From: Blastocatellia bacterium
Lineage (GTDB): Bacteria; Acidobacteriota; Blastocatellia; HR10; J050
Length of the DNA: 64,000 nt
Direction: 5' to 3'
NCBI GenBank assembly: GCA_025054955.1
Contig: JANWZE010000112.1
Span: forward strand, 2,310 to 66,309
The stretch's first letter is position 1. Every line of letters starts with the position of its first letter. Positions 49,522-59,286 of the stretch are shown piece by piece. The notes beneath the pieces were generated by a model, which was not told the DNA's origin, searched no databases, and worked only from the letters and a program-made list of their open reading frames with translations. The position numbers and the translations under genes are program-made.

Positions 49522-49544
49522 AGTCTTGGTCTCCTCGACGAAAA

Positions 49545-49560
49545 GTAAGTAACTACTTAC
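49545..49560. promoter_or_regulatory. Probable TetR operator
   Basis: Perfect inverted repeat GTAAGTA-AC-TACTTAC, ~24 bp upstream of the TetR start. Confidence 0.75.
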
Positions 49561-49659
49561 CACGTTTTCCAGAATCTGGCAAGAGGCTTGCCGCGAATTC
49601 CTGCTGGGACGTGGTGCGCGCTCGGCCGATGGATCGTTGCGCGAGAGGCGACGTGCGCG

Positions 49660-49708
49660 TTTCCGGTGAATTACACAGTGCACCGGGCACACCACGACGG
49701 ATGAAAAA
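49660..49708 (-). repeat. Family-A unit
   Basis: Reverse complement TTTTTCATCCGTCGTGGTGTGCCCGGTGCACTGTGTAATTCACCGGAAA. Confidence 0.65.
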
Positions 49709-49824
49709 GAAATTCTTCCGCGTCGGCGGCCGTGTTTTGTAGGCTATTTGGAGAGACGAAACCGATTCTTCCTAATGTAGGAGAATCGGCGTGAGTTCAT
49801 GCAATCTGTGATTTTGAACAAGAG

Positions 49825-50928
49825 TTACGCGCTTTCCGCTTCCTGCATTGCCAGTGTGTGATCAATCTGGGTTTCAAGACCCCACGACGGAATATCGTCG
49901 TTGACGAGGAAGCGATCGAGCAATTCCGGTTTATCGAGTAAATATCCGGCGCCGCAGGCCACTGTTTCTAACGGGCGTTCTGCGCGCATCACTGGCAGGT
50001 TGATGTCATGCTGGAGCCGAGCCTCCAGACCGTGCAGGAGCGAGCCACCACCGGTCAACAGGATACCGGTCGTAAACAAGTCAGCAGAAACATCCGGCGG
50101 AACCTCGCTCATGACCAAGCGAACGCTTTCACTGATAGCCCGAATCAGACGGTCTAGTACGTTGAAAATCTCATCGCTGTCAACCTCAAGTTGATGTGGC
50201 GCGTTGTCAACCATGCTTTTGCCAACTATGGTCGTAGCGCGACGTTCCGCATCGGGCAATGCACATCCGAGTTGAATTTTGATGGATTCAGCCGTTTGCT
50301 CTCCGACGAGAACGCGGTAGGTTTGGCGAATGTATTCGGCGATGGCTCGATCCATAGCCAGCCCGGCGATGTCTACCGAGTGCGATGAGATGGCGCCGGA
50401 TGCCGACACGATGCTGATGTTCGTTGTTCCGCCGCCAATGTCCACAATCATTCGGGCGCGGGTGTCTTGGAAGAGCACGCCGGCGCCAATAGCTGCTGCG
50501 ACGCCTTCCTCGACCAATGAGACATGGGCGCCGCTGGCTTGCGTGACAGAGACCTGGATGCCACGCCGCTCCAGGTGAGTGGCGGAATTCGGCGTGCCGA
50601 CAATCATGTGGTAGAGCCGGCGCGGCAGCAACCAATGTTGGCCTGCCTTACGTAAAAATATGCGCAACATGCACTCGGTTAATTCGTAGTTGGCGACGAC
50701 GCCATGCTCAATCGGACGATGCACGATGATGTCGCGCGGTTCACGACCCATCAGGGTCAGCGCTTCGCGCCCGGCCGCCATAATATTACCGGTGAACCGG
50801 TTCAGCGCGATCAACGAAGGCTCATTCAGCACGATGCCGCGCCCCGGCGAGTAAATCAGCGTGTTGACCGTTCCCAAGTCAATGGCCAATCCTCTGTTGA
50901 ACAACCGCTTTATTTTCCTGTGGATCAT
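49825..50928 (-). CDS. MreB/Mbl-family actin-like protein, divergent orphan paralogue
   Basis: AIDLGTVNT, LNEPS, VDIGGGTT, GEQTAESIK, LTGGGSLL; no mreC/mreD adjacent. Confidence 0.88.
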   Translation of the reverse strand: MIHRKIKRLFNRGLAIDLGTVNTLIYSPGRGIVLNEPSLIALNRFTGNIMAAGREALTLMGREPRDIIVHRPIEHGVVANYELTECMLRIFLRKAGQHWLLPRRLYHMIVGTPNSATHLERRGIQVSVTQASGAHVSLVEEGVAAAIGAGVLFQDTRARMIVDIGGGTTNISIVSASGAISSHSVDIAGLAMDRAIAEYIRQTYRVLVGEQTAESIKIQLGCALPDAERRATTIVGKSMVDNAPHQLEVDSDEIFNVLDRLIRAISESVRLVMSEVPPDVSADLFTTGILLTGGGSLLHGLEARLQHDINLPVMRAERPLETVACGAGYLLDKPELLDRFLVNDDIPSWGLETQIDHTLAMQEAESA

Positions 50929-51228
50929 ACCTTCTACTCTCACCTCACTCCTGCATCTATTGCTCGGTGTCGAACGCTTGGATGCACAGATTCGTGTTTG
51001 CGTTTCACTGAGATACTGATGAGATCAAAAATGACGATCCGTGCAGCGCCGATACGCTTGCTTCTTGGCTCTCCGGCTAACCCCTGCGCGTTACACGCCT
51101 TCTCACGATCGCTTCACGCGCCAGGAGCTTGAGCCGATGGACCGATGGGGGCATACACCGGCGCTGAGTTTTAACTTTGAATTTCAACTTTTGTAACACG
51201 CGTGCCGTATAGTTGGAGCTTCTCGGTG

Positions 51229-51254
51229 GGAACTTAAGGTCCCCGATGCGCGTC
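51229..51254 (+). promoter_or_regulatory. ECF (sigmaE-like) promoter candidate
   Basis: GGAAC-N17-CGTC upstream of the TonB-like gene. Confidence 0.5.
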
Positions 51255-51307
51255 CATCGAGGAGGAGTTGTTCATGTCATCAGTAGGGAGGCGTGATAAG
51301 AATGAAT

Positions 51308-51398
51308 CACAGGCTGAATGCCTGCGCCACATTCTCACAGGAGTTGTCACTATGCAACAGCACGCCACGAACCATGAAAATGGTTATTTTTGAAGGAG
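51308..51398 (-). repeat. Family-A right end, full unit and GTGGCGCAGG hairpin
   Basis: Reverse complement CTCCTTCAAAAATAACCA-TTTTCATGGTTCGTGGCGTGCTGTTGCATAGTGACAACTCCTGTGAGAA-TGTGGCGCAGGCATTCAGCCTGTG, closely matching units in 29103-29236. Confidence 0.78.
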
Positions 51399-51403
51399 TG
51401 ATT

Positions 51404-52207
51404 ATGATGTTTGAAAAGTCGTTGATTGTGACATTGCCTCAACGCAGCCGGCAGCCATTGAGAGGTTTCTTGGTTGGCACGTTTATCGGCTACAGTGCCT
51501 TGATTGCCGCGGTGTTGGTTGGCAGCATTTTATTAACACAGCCTCAATTGAATGAAACACTGATGGGGTCAGTTTTTATTTCATCACCGCCGCCGCCACC
51601 GCCGCCACCACCCGCAGATGGCGCAACTCGACCTGTATCCTCGGCTACAGCCGTGCGAACCATCGCATTTACCTATGTGGGTCCAACGCTCACGCCACGC
51701 CAATTGCCGTTGACCCATGATCTGCCCGGTGATGGTGAACGATCTACTGTGGGCCTCTCTAGTGGCGTTGAGGGTGGGGTGCCAGGCGGTGTTGCCGGCG
51801 GTGTGATCGGCGGTATCGTCGGGGGTGTGCTTGGCTCGATGCCTGCGGCCACCGCAACGCCTCCATCTTCGACCGTCAGGCCAGATGAAGCTCGTGCGAC
51901 ACCACCAATACCTTCTGCAACGCCCCAACGGGTGAGCACGGGTATTTTGTTAGGCAACACGGTCCGTCAAGTGGCGGCTGCATACCCGCCGATTGCTCGT
52001 AGCACCGGCATTGAAGGCGTCGTTGAAGTTCAGATCGTGGTTGACGAGCAGGGCAACGTGATTGCAGCGGAAGTGTTGAGTGGCCATCCGCTGCTGCGGC
52101 AAGCTGCGCTGGAAGCGGCTCGTCAATGGAAATTCCGGCCCACGATGTTGAACGATCAGCCAATCAAAGTATCGGGCATACTGAAATTCACATTCAAGCT
52201 GACGTGA
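51404..52207 (+). CDS. Energy transducer TonB-like protein
   Basis: TM segment, poly-Pro, GVEGGVPGGV, TonB_C (YPPIARSTGIEGVV...AARQWKFRP). Confidence 0.9.
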   Translation: MMFEKSLIVTLPQRSRQPLRGFLVGTFIGYSALIAAVLVGSILLTQPQLNETLMGSVFISSPPPPPPPPPADGATRPVSSATAVRTIAFTYVGPTLTPRQLPLTHDLPGDGERSTVGLSSGVEGGVPGGVAGGVIGGIVGGVLGSMPAATATPPSSTVRPDEARATPPIPSATPQRVSTGILLGNTVRQVAAAYPPIARSTGIEGVVEVQIVVDEQGNVIAAEVLSGHPLLRQAALEAARQWKFRPTMLNDQPIKVSGILKFTFKLT

Positions 52208-52362
52208 AGCTCGGCGTTGCACAGGAAGCACATGCATCAGCCGAGCGGAGCGTGATCTCACAACCAGATCGTTGATTACCGTGGCGCGGAGAGTGGTCGC
52301 CGAGAAAGTTGGCCAAGCGCCGCCGGCGGCTGGCCGACGGCGCGCCACTTGCATCGTGTGCC

Positions 52363-53448
52363 TCATTCAGCGGCGGCAATCGTCTCTTGCACATGAGCGG
52401 CGCGCGCAGCGCGCAGCCGATCATACTCAGCGGCCACGTCTTCGTCCATGCGGCTGAGCTCATCAAGATCAACCTCGGCAAATTCGAGCACGTCCATATC
52501 AACAAACGCCCTCTGGATGCGCGGGCCCCACACGCCAATATCCTTGAGTGTTGGCACAATGCGCGTGAACAATCGCCGTTGGTATTGTTTCATGAAGAAG
52601 GAATTTGCTACGTACTCTATACACTCTTGGACAGGCAGTCCGAGGTGCTCCCAGACTTCTTGGCCGAGGAACCGGTCGCGCATCAAGTAGCACGCTTCGA
52701 CGGCGAACTGTTCGCGCTCGTCGCGCTCCGCCTCGGTCAACTGTGGATAGTAGTCGCGCAATGCCAGTCGGCCAAACGCAACGTGTCGCGCCTCGTCTTG
52801 CATGACAAAAGAGGTCAGGGCTTGACCCAGTGGCTCGCTGGCCAGATCACGGATTGTTCCGAAGGCAGCCAGCGCCAGTCCTTCGATGATGACCTGCATG
52901 GCCAGATATGTCATGTCCCAGCGCGAATCGGTGATCGCCTGAGTGAGCAGAATCTTCAAATGCGGATTGATGGGGTAGGATAACTGAATTTTTTCACGCA
53001 GGTATCGAGAAAAAACTTCGACGTGCCGCGCTTCGTCAAAGACCTGCGTTGCCGCATAAAATTTCGAGTCTATATCCGGCACCGTTTGGACGATCTTGGC
53101 TGCGCAGATGAGCGCGCCTTGTTCTCCATGCAGGAATTGCGAGAATCGCCATGAATCCAGATGACGCCGCACCGTGGCTCGCTCCCGCTCGTTCAGTTTA
53201 TCCCATACGTCCGAGCCGAAGATCGGCACGTATTCATCAGGAAAGCCAAGCGGATTATCGAGGTTGACCTCAAGCGACCAATCTAATCGTTCGTTAGCGT
53301 TCCACTGTTTGGTTTTCCCTTTTTCGTAGAGGTTGAGCAGCTTTTCACGACCGGCGTCATAATCCCAATTGAATACGGTCTCAATGCCGACCGTCGGAAT
53401 GATCCATTCGGTTTGATCCACAGGTAACGTGTATGTTTGCGTCTTCAC
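52363..53448 (-). CDS. Ferritin-like diiron protein (AurF/N-oxygenase-like)
   Basis: GEQGAL, DEARH, IIEGLA, DEARH diiron pattern. Confidence 0.82.
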   Translation of the reverse strand: MKTQTYTLPVDQTEWIIPTVGIETVFNWDYDAGREKLLNLYEKGKTKQWNANERLDWSLEVNLDNPLGFPDEYVPIFGSDVWDKLNERERATVRRHLDSWRFSQFLHGEQGALICAAKIVQTVPDIDSKFYAATQVFDEARHVEVFSRYLREKIQLSYPINPHLKILLTQAITDSRWDMTYLAMQVIIEGLALAAFGTIRDLASEPLGQALTSFVMQDEARHVAFGRLALRDYYPQLTEAERDEREQFAVEACYLMRDRFLGQEVWEHLGLPVQECIEYVANSFFMKQYQRRLFTRIVPTLKDIGVWGPRIQRAFVDMDVLEFAEVDLDELSRMDEDVAAEYDRLRAARAAHVQETIAAAE

Positions 53449-53831
53449 AGTGTGCCTCCTTCTATATCAATTCTTCTCGCGCTCATCATACTCATTGCGT
53501 TCGTTTGAAGCAACTGTGTTCAAAATAGAGTCGGGACAGTTGCCTGAGATACGCTGCGCAACGTGGAGTGATTCTGGGGCCGGCAGCGCGCCCGTTCATT
53601 GTCATTCAATAACGAACACGCTTCCATCCTGAGCGAGTTGAGGTGCGCTGATTCTCCTCGGGTTGGTGTGCTGTATCGTTGAGCTAAGCGAACTGGATTG
53701 CCACTCTTGCCGTTGTCTAACGACTGGCCTATACTGCCTCTGCTCTGGGATGGTTGGAGTATGGACGAGCGTTACGACATTGCGGTCGCCTTTGAGTGGT
53801 TCACGCGCGGCGCGTTTCTGGGAGGGAACGC

Positions 53832-54422
53832 ATGAGTTTGAAGACCTTCGCCACGGAAGTAGTCTCTGACTTTTACACCACAGCAGCCATTGCTCCCAGC
53901 TCTCGTTATTTGACCGACGCCATGCTTAAACCATTGCCGCTGGCTCGTGCCCGGCTGGTCGTGGAGTTTGGTCCTGGCACCGGCGTCATGACGCAAGCAT
54001 TGCTCGATCTGTTGCCGCCGCGCGCCAAGTTGTTTGCTTTTGAGATCAATCCTCAGTTCTTTGAATATCTGCGTGAGACCATTGCCGACCCCCGCTTGGT
54101 TCTCTTCAACGCAAGCGCTGAGACACTCGCGCAGGAATTGCGTCGGCGAGGCCATCACCGCGTGGACGCTGTTGTCTCTTCATTGGGACTTGGCTTGATG
54201 TCGGAGCAGCAACGACATGCTATTTTGAGCGGGCTGATTCCGTTCATGGACAAGCGCAGCGTGCTCACACAATTTCAATACATTCACAGCATGCAGATGC
54301 ACAATGGCCGTCCCAGCCGTTTCAGCGCAGCGCGTTTCTTGCGCCATTACTTTCGTTCAGTTGAACGCAAAATGGTCTGGCGCAACCTGCCGCCGGCATT
54401 TGTTCTAATCTGTCGCCGGTGA
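53832..54422 (+). CDS. Class I SAM methyltransferase, PmtA-like phospholipid N-methyltransferase
   Basis: AIAPSSRYL, VEFGPGTG, VVSSLG, QFQY, NLPPAFV. Confidence 0.85.
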   Translation: MSLKTFATEVVSDFYTTAAIAPSSRYLTDAMLKPLPLARARLVVEFGPGTGVMTQALLDLLPPRAKLFAFEINPQFFEYLRETIADPRLVLFNASAETLAQELRRRGHHRVDAVVSSLGLGLMSEQQRHAILSGLIPFMDKRSVLTQFQYIHSMQMHNGRPSRFSAARFLRHYFRSVERKMVWRNLPPAFVLICRR

Positions 54423-54488
54423 GTTTGAAATTTGCCGCCCATGGCAGCCAACAACCTGACCGCAGAAGCCAGTTCCGTCGGTTCGATC

Positions 54489-54592
54489 ATAGCAATTTTC
54501 AATTGTCTTTAGCCTGGAGGCCCCGCATCTTGCGGGATGATTCACGGTGGAAGCATGTGCTCTCAGGGTAGACTCATTCACAAACCGCTCTA
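54489..54592 (+). mobile_element. ~102-bp MITE-like element (family B)
   Basis: ATAGCAATTTTCAATTGTCTTTAGCCTGGAGG...CAGGGTAGACTCATTCACAAACCGCTCTA, colinear with the other copies. Confidence 0.72.
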
Positions 54593-54607
54593 TTGGCATA
54601 CCGTGAG

Positions 54608-56737
54608 CTAATAAAATGTGTGCCCGGCGCGAGCCATATCAATCAGCAGTGGCGCGGGGGCGAGACGTCCGCCAAGGCGCGAAGCCAGCGAGTCCAAGCG
54701 TGCAACAATCGTGCCGACGCCTTCAGCATCAATATAACGGAACGGGCCGCCGCGGAATGGCGGAAAGCCTAGTCCCATGATAGCGCCCAGATCACCATCG
54801 CGCGGACTGCGCAAGATGCCCTCCTGTAAGCAAAGGGCTGCTTCGTTGATCATCGCCAGGCTCAACCGCTGTTGAATATCGGCGAGCGGAAGAGCTTTTC
54901 GTTGGCGGCCGTGCGGCAACAGGTCGTAAACAGTTTGGTCAACTCGCTTGCTTTTGCCGTCGTAGGTGTAGAACCCGCGTTTGTTTTTGCGTCCGTAGCG
55001 TCCGTCGGCGACGATGCGTTGCATGGTGTCGGGCGGTTGCAGCCGGTCGCCGAAAGCCCGGTGCATGATCGGCGCGACGTGCGCGGCCACATCAATGCCG
55101 ACTTCATCGAGTAACGTGATCGGCCCAACGGGAAATCCCCATTGCACCATGGCGCGATCAATATCTTCAATCGCCGCGCCTTCGGCCAGCAGATGGGCGG
55201 CTTCATTCATGTATGGAGCCAGTATCCGCGACGTGTAAAAACCAACGCCATCGCGCACGACGATCACCGTTTTACCGATTCGCTTGCCGAAAGCCACGCA
55301 GGTCGCCGTTACCGAATCGTCGGTCTGATTGGTCACGATGATTTCCAGCAACGGCATCTTGGGCACGGGTGAGAAGAAGTGCATGCCGATGACGTTCTCC
55401 GGGCGCGTCGCAGCCCGCGCAATCTCTGTGATGGGAATCGAAGACGTATTCGACGCGAAGATGCAGTCCTCGCGGGCTACTGCTTCAAACTCGCGCAGCA
55501 CTTGATGTTTGATGGTCAGGTCTTCGAATACCGCTTCGATCACCAGGTCTACAGTGCGAAAGCCAGTATAGTCGGTTGTGCCGGAGATCAGATTCAGTCG
55601 CTGCTCGGCGGCGCGCGCGTCGAGTATTTTCTTCTGGCGCTTTTCGGAGAAGTAGTCGTAGCATGCTTTCAAGCCGCGTCCCAAGCTGGCGTGATCTTTA
55701 TCTTTCATGCGCACGGGGATGCCTTTCTCAGCGGCCACCATGGCGATGCCGGAGCCCATGAAGCCGCTGCCGAGCACGCCCAGTTTGTTGACTTCACGCG
55801 GTCGGATGTTGGCATGGCTGACGCCTGTATCTTTCTTGGCCGCCGTGATGGCGAAGAAAAGATTCATGAGCTGTCGCGCGACGGGCGAAACGGCCAGTTG
55901 GCCAAACAGGCTGGACTCAATTTCCAGTCCTTTTTCCAGTGTGGTGGCGATGCCGCGTTTGACGGCCTCCAGCGCTTTGAGCGGAGCTGGGTAGTGTCCG
56001 TGCGTTGTCTTCAGCACCAACGCGCGCGCTCGGTTGAACAGGAGAGAGCGTCCAAGAGGATTTTTTTCGAGCAACAGATTGATCACCGGATGGCCGCCGA
56101 CCTTGCGTTTGGGTCGCCAGCCTGACGCCAGTTGCAAGGCGCGTTGACGCGCGGCAATGAGGAGCGTTTCTTTCGGCACGACTTCGTCCACGAGGCCGAT
56201 GCGTCGAGCTTTCTGTGGGTAGACGTTTTTGCCGGTGAGGATGATGTCGAGCGCGGCCTGAATGCCTATGAGTCGCGGCAATCGCTGTGTGCCGCCGGCG
56301 CCGGGCAGCAAGCCCAACTTCACTTCGGGCAGGCCCAGCACTGTCGCGGGATCATCGGTGGCGATGCGATAGTGGCAGCCCAGCGCCAGCTCCAATCCGC
56401 CGCCCAGGCATGAGCCGTGAATGGCCGCCACGATGGGCACGCGGGCGTTTTCAAATCGGCTGACGAACTCTTGACCGCGACGACTCATGGCCGCGGCTTG
56501 GCCTGCCGTCTGGAAAGTCAGAAAATCGTTAATGTCGGCGCCGGCGATGAAATTATCCGGCTTGTTGCTGATGAGCACGACGGCTTTGAGGGCCGGCTCC
56601 TGCTCGATGCGTGTTAACAGGGCTTGGACCTCGTCAACCAGCGAGAGCGAGAGCGTGTTGACCTTCTCGTCAGGCTTATCAATGCGCACAATGCCGACGC
56701 CATGCTCATCAATCTCGAATGAAAACGTTTGTGTCAT
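54608..56737 (-). CDS. fadJ: Fatty acid oxidation complex alpha subunit
   Basis: FIAGADI, CLGGGLE, LPEVKLGLLPGAGGTQRLPR, GSGFMG, GMHFFSP, GFPPFRGGP. Confidence 0.9.
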   Translation of the reverse strand: MTQTFSFEIDEHGVGIVRIDKPDEKVNTLSLSLVDEVQALLTRIEQEPALKAVVLISNKPDNFIAGADINDFLTFQTAGQAAAMSRRGQEFVSRFENARVPIVAAIHGSCLGGGLELALGCHYRIATDDPATVLGLPEVKLGLLPGAGGTQRLPRLIGIQAALDIILTGKNVYPQKARRIGLVDEVVPKETLLIAARQRALQLASGWRPKRKVGGHPVINLLLEKNPLGRSLLFNRARALVLKTTHGHYPAPLKALEAVKRGIATTLEKGLEIESSLFGQLAVSPVARQLMNLFFAITAAKKDTGVSHANIRPREVNKLGVLGSGFMGSGIAMVAAEKGIPVRMKDKDHASLGRGLKACYDYFSEKRQKKILDARAAEQRLNLISGTTDYTGFRTVDLVIEAVFEDLTIKHQVLREFEAVAREDCIFASNTSSIPITEIARAATRPENVIGMHFFSPVPKMPLLEIIVTNQTDDSVTATCVAFGKRIGKTVIVVRDGVGFYTSRILAPYMNEAAHLLAEGAAIEDIDRAMVQWGFPVGPITLLDEVGIDVAAHVAPIMHRAFGDRLQPPDTMQRIVADGRYGRKNKRGFYTYDGKSKRVDQTVYDLLPHGRQRKALPLADIQQRLSLAMINEAALCLQEGILRSPRDGDLGAIMGLGFPPFRGGPFRYIDAEGVGTIVARLDSLASRLGGRLAPAPLLIDMARAGHTFY

Positions 56738-56795
56738 TGTCGGTCCTCATCGTTATTCATGACCACAACAAAACATCATTGCACGGGGCGGTGAG

Positions 56796-57296
56796 TCAGC
56801 CAAGCATTCTCAGTTGCCGAGGCGTGAGCAGCCACTGAAGGGTGGCGCACCGGCCATGCCTCAAGCTGTTCACCGTCAGCTTGCATAGGCCGCCCTTCTT
56901 CATGGTGAGCTGCAGCCGCTCATCGCCGACCAGCAAGGTGGAGATGAAACTGCTCAGGTACGGCTCATGGCCGACAAGCAAAATACTATCGGCTGATTTG
57001 CCGTGACGGCTCAGTTCCGCGACCAGCTCAGCCGGATCACCGGCCGGTGTCAGCGCCGTTGTGGTGATCAGTTTATCTTGCGCGTCGAACACTGTGGCGA
57101 CGATCTCCGCCGTATGTCTGGCTCGCTGATATGGGCTTGTCAGAATCAGATCAAACGACAGTCCGAGGGCTTTCATGCCGTGAGCTGCCTGGACCATTTT
57201 CTTTTCGCCCTCAGGCGTCAGCGGCCGGTCGCTATCCCGATAGCCGGGCGTGCCGCGTTCAACGGCAATCGCGTGTCGGAGAATATACAGCTCCAT
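56796..57296 (-). CDS. sixA: Phosphohistidine phosphatase
   Basis: LYILRHA, RPLT, SPYQRA, LVGHEP. Confidence 0.9.
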   Translation of the reverse strand: MELYILRHAIAVERGTPGYRDSDRPLTPEGEKKMVQAAHGMKALGLSFDLILTSPYQRARHTAEIVATVFDAQDKLITTTALTPAGDPAELVAELSRHGKSADSILLVGHEPYLSSFISTLLVGDERLQLTMKKGGLCKLTVNSLRHGRCATLQWLLTPRQLRMLG

Positions 57297-57298
57297 AC

Positions 57299-58207
57299 TC
57301 ACACCGTTGCCTTCTTGGACCGTGATTCAGTTGAGATACGCAGATACTGGTGATTCCAAAACTGGAACAGCTCGTCGGCTGATTGCACATAGGTTTCAAT
57401 CAACTGCGCGCGTCGCTGGGCCAGCCATTGCTCCACGGCCGGCAACGTCAGTTTTTCTTTTCGCAGAAACGCTGTCAGGTTGGCGGTCAGCACTTCGATA
57501 TCCTGAACATCTCCCATCATCGTTTGATAGTCGTGCATGTGTTTGAGCCGATCCTGTGTCACATCCACCAGCAAGGGTTGGAGCACTTCGACCATGTAGC
57601 GAAATCGTTTGAAGGCCACGCGCGTGCGATGAATGGTGGCCGAATCGGCTGGGTCAACAGCCCGTCGTCGCTCGACGACCTTGGCGAACGCGCGTTCGAC
57701 AGCGTTGATAATGGCCACAAACGGATCGTCTGATGGAGCCGGATGGCGCGCCATCTGGCGCAACTGTTTTTGCAGCGTTTTGACCGATTTTTCCAGCCGC
57801 GCGAGGCCCAGCTTTTTGACTTGCTTGCCAAGTCGTTTGATCAATTGCCGCTCGCGTCGCGCCAATTCGTCATGGAATCGCTCAAGTTCAGGGAAGTCAG
57901 CTTGCAGGGATTGGATCGAGAGCAACTGCACCTGCGTATCTCGGAGTGAATCGAACATATCGAGCCGTCGCTTCAGCGCGCGGCGCGTTCGTTTGAGCCG
58001 AGCGTCGGCAATGAGATGACTCACCAGATCAAGCAGCGACATCAATCGGCGCGTGGCCACACGCAAGTCGTGAACGGCCTCTTCGGAGAACTTCTTCTGG
58101 CATCGGCGCACCTGCCGCTCATATTTGCGCCAACGTGTCGAGAGCGCGTTGACCAGCAGGTCAACGAGCTCAGCAGCACGTTGATGGGTTGGCTCCAGAA
58201 GTTGCAT
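57299..58207 (-). CDS. CHAD domain (polyphosphate-binding) protein
   Basis: VHDLRVATRR, LRDTQV, IHRTRVAFKRFRY, MGDVQD. Confidence 0.9.
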   Translation of the reverse strand: MQLLEPTHQRAAELVDLLVNALSTRWRKYERQVRRCQKKFSEEAVHDLRVATRRLMSLLDLVSHLIADARLKRTRRALKRRLDMFDSLRDTQVQLLSIQSLQADFPELERFHDELARRERQLIKRLGKQVKKLGLARLEKSVKTLQKQLRQMARHPAPSDDPFVAIINAVERAFAKVVERRRAVDPADSATIHRTRVAFKRFRYMVEVLQPLLVDVTQDRLKHMHDYQTMMGDVQDIEVLTANLTAFLRKEKLTLPAVEQWLAQRRAQLIETYVQSADELFQFWNHQYLRISTESRSKKATV

Positions 58208-58225
58208 CGTCAAACCTCTAGCCCG

Positions 58226-58567
58226 TCATTTGAGCACCAGTTTTTGCATTGCCTCAATGGCGCGTTCGATTTTGCGCAGGTCCTTACGGCGGCCTTTTTC
58301 TGGTCGTACCGAGAGCTGGTCTAAGATGGCCGTGAGTTCTTGCAGCGTCGCTCGACTGAGCGTTGATCGCCCGCTGGCGCCGGCGACGAGGTCAATGATT
58401 TCCAAAAGATCATGTTCGACATTGGTCAAATATGTCTGCACCGTCTCTTGGGTCATCGAGCGCAAGTGGTGGAGTCGAGCCAAGCACTCTTTTTGCTGAT
58501 CGGTCAACTTTTCGGGCGGCCTCTTGGCGACAGCCGTTTGCGTGCCTGATGGGTTTTTTGATTTCAT
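58226..58567 (-). CDS. Helical hypothetical protein in the polyP operon
   Basis: 113 aa; 4-bp overlap with the upstream gene; basic motif VRPEKGRRKDLRKIE. Confidence 0.75.
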   Translation of the reverse strand: MKSKNPSGTQTAVAKRPPEKLTDQQKECLARLHHLRSMTQETVQTYLTNVEHDLLEIIDLVAGASGRSTLSRATLQELTAILDQLSVRPEKGRRKDLRKIERAIEAMQKLVLK

Positions 58568-59286
58568 GAGCCGGCTCCTTGACTGGCTTCAACCAGGTGC
58601 GGATTCAGCATGATTTCAATCTTCGCTTGCAGTTCGTTGGCGACGGCACGGATGGAGCGATTCCCGTTGATGGTGTCGAAGTGGTAGATGGTGCGCATGG
58701 CGCGGAGTTCACGCTGAATTTGACGTTGATACCGGATGAAGCATTCGTACATGTCGCCTGAACGCCGGATGTCCATGCCCGACTCCCAATAATCCAGTGT
58801 GGCGTTTTTGCGAAAGTTTCGCTCAGCCAGAATTTTGGGCGAGACCTCCAAGTAGAAGACGGCGTCGGGCACGAGCGCAATGCTGTAGACATCGCGAATC
58901 CATTCAGGATGAGCGCCACGCACAATGGCGCGCGCCATCAGCGTGTAGATGTAGCGGTCGGCCAACACGACAAATCCCGAACGCAACGCCGGGATGATGG
59001 TGTGTTCCAATTGATCGGCGAAGTCGGTGGCGTAAAACAGGCACAGCGTCAGCGGCGATAGGATATTGCCTTGCATCGCTTCTTCCAGTTCCGCTTCCAC
59101 CAGCCGCGAGCGTTTCAATCCAACTTCCGATGTGGCGTAGCCGAGTCGTTCCAGCCAGTCGCGCAGCAGGGCAATTTGCGTCGAGCGGCCCGAACCGTCT
59201 GCGCCTTCGATCACAATCAACGTGCCTTTCAACTGCTCGACGTTCACGCCGGGGATGCCGGTGCCATAGAAACGTTTCGGCGTCAT
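58564..59286 (-). CDS. Thymidylate-kinase-like protein with variant P-loop
   Basis: EGADGSGRST (Arg in place of Lys), LADRY. Confidence 0.85.
   Translation of the reverse strand: MTPKRFYGTGIPGVNVEQLKGTLIVIEGADGSGRSTQIALLRDWLERLGYATSEVGLKRSRLVEAELEEAMQGNILSPLTLCLFYATDFADQLEHTIIPALRSGFVVLADRYIYTLMARAIVRGAHPEWIRDVYSIALVPDAVFYLEVSPKILAERNFRKNATLDYWESGMDIRRSGDMYECFIRYQRQIQRELRAMRTIYHFDTINGNRSIRAVANELQAKIEIMLNPHLVEASQGAGS

Noticed and set aside
51192..51207. Sigma-54 promoter for the MreB paralogue (CGGCACGCGTGTTAC, minus strand)
   Set aside because: The -12 element reads TTAC rather than TTGC; too weak to call.
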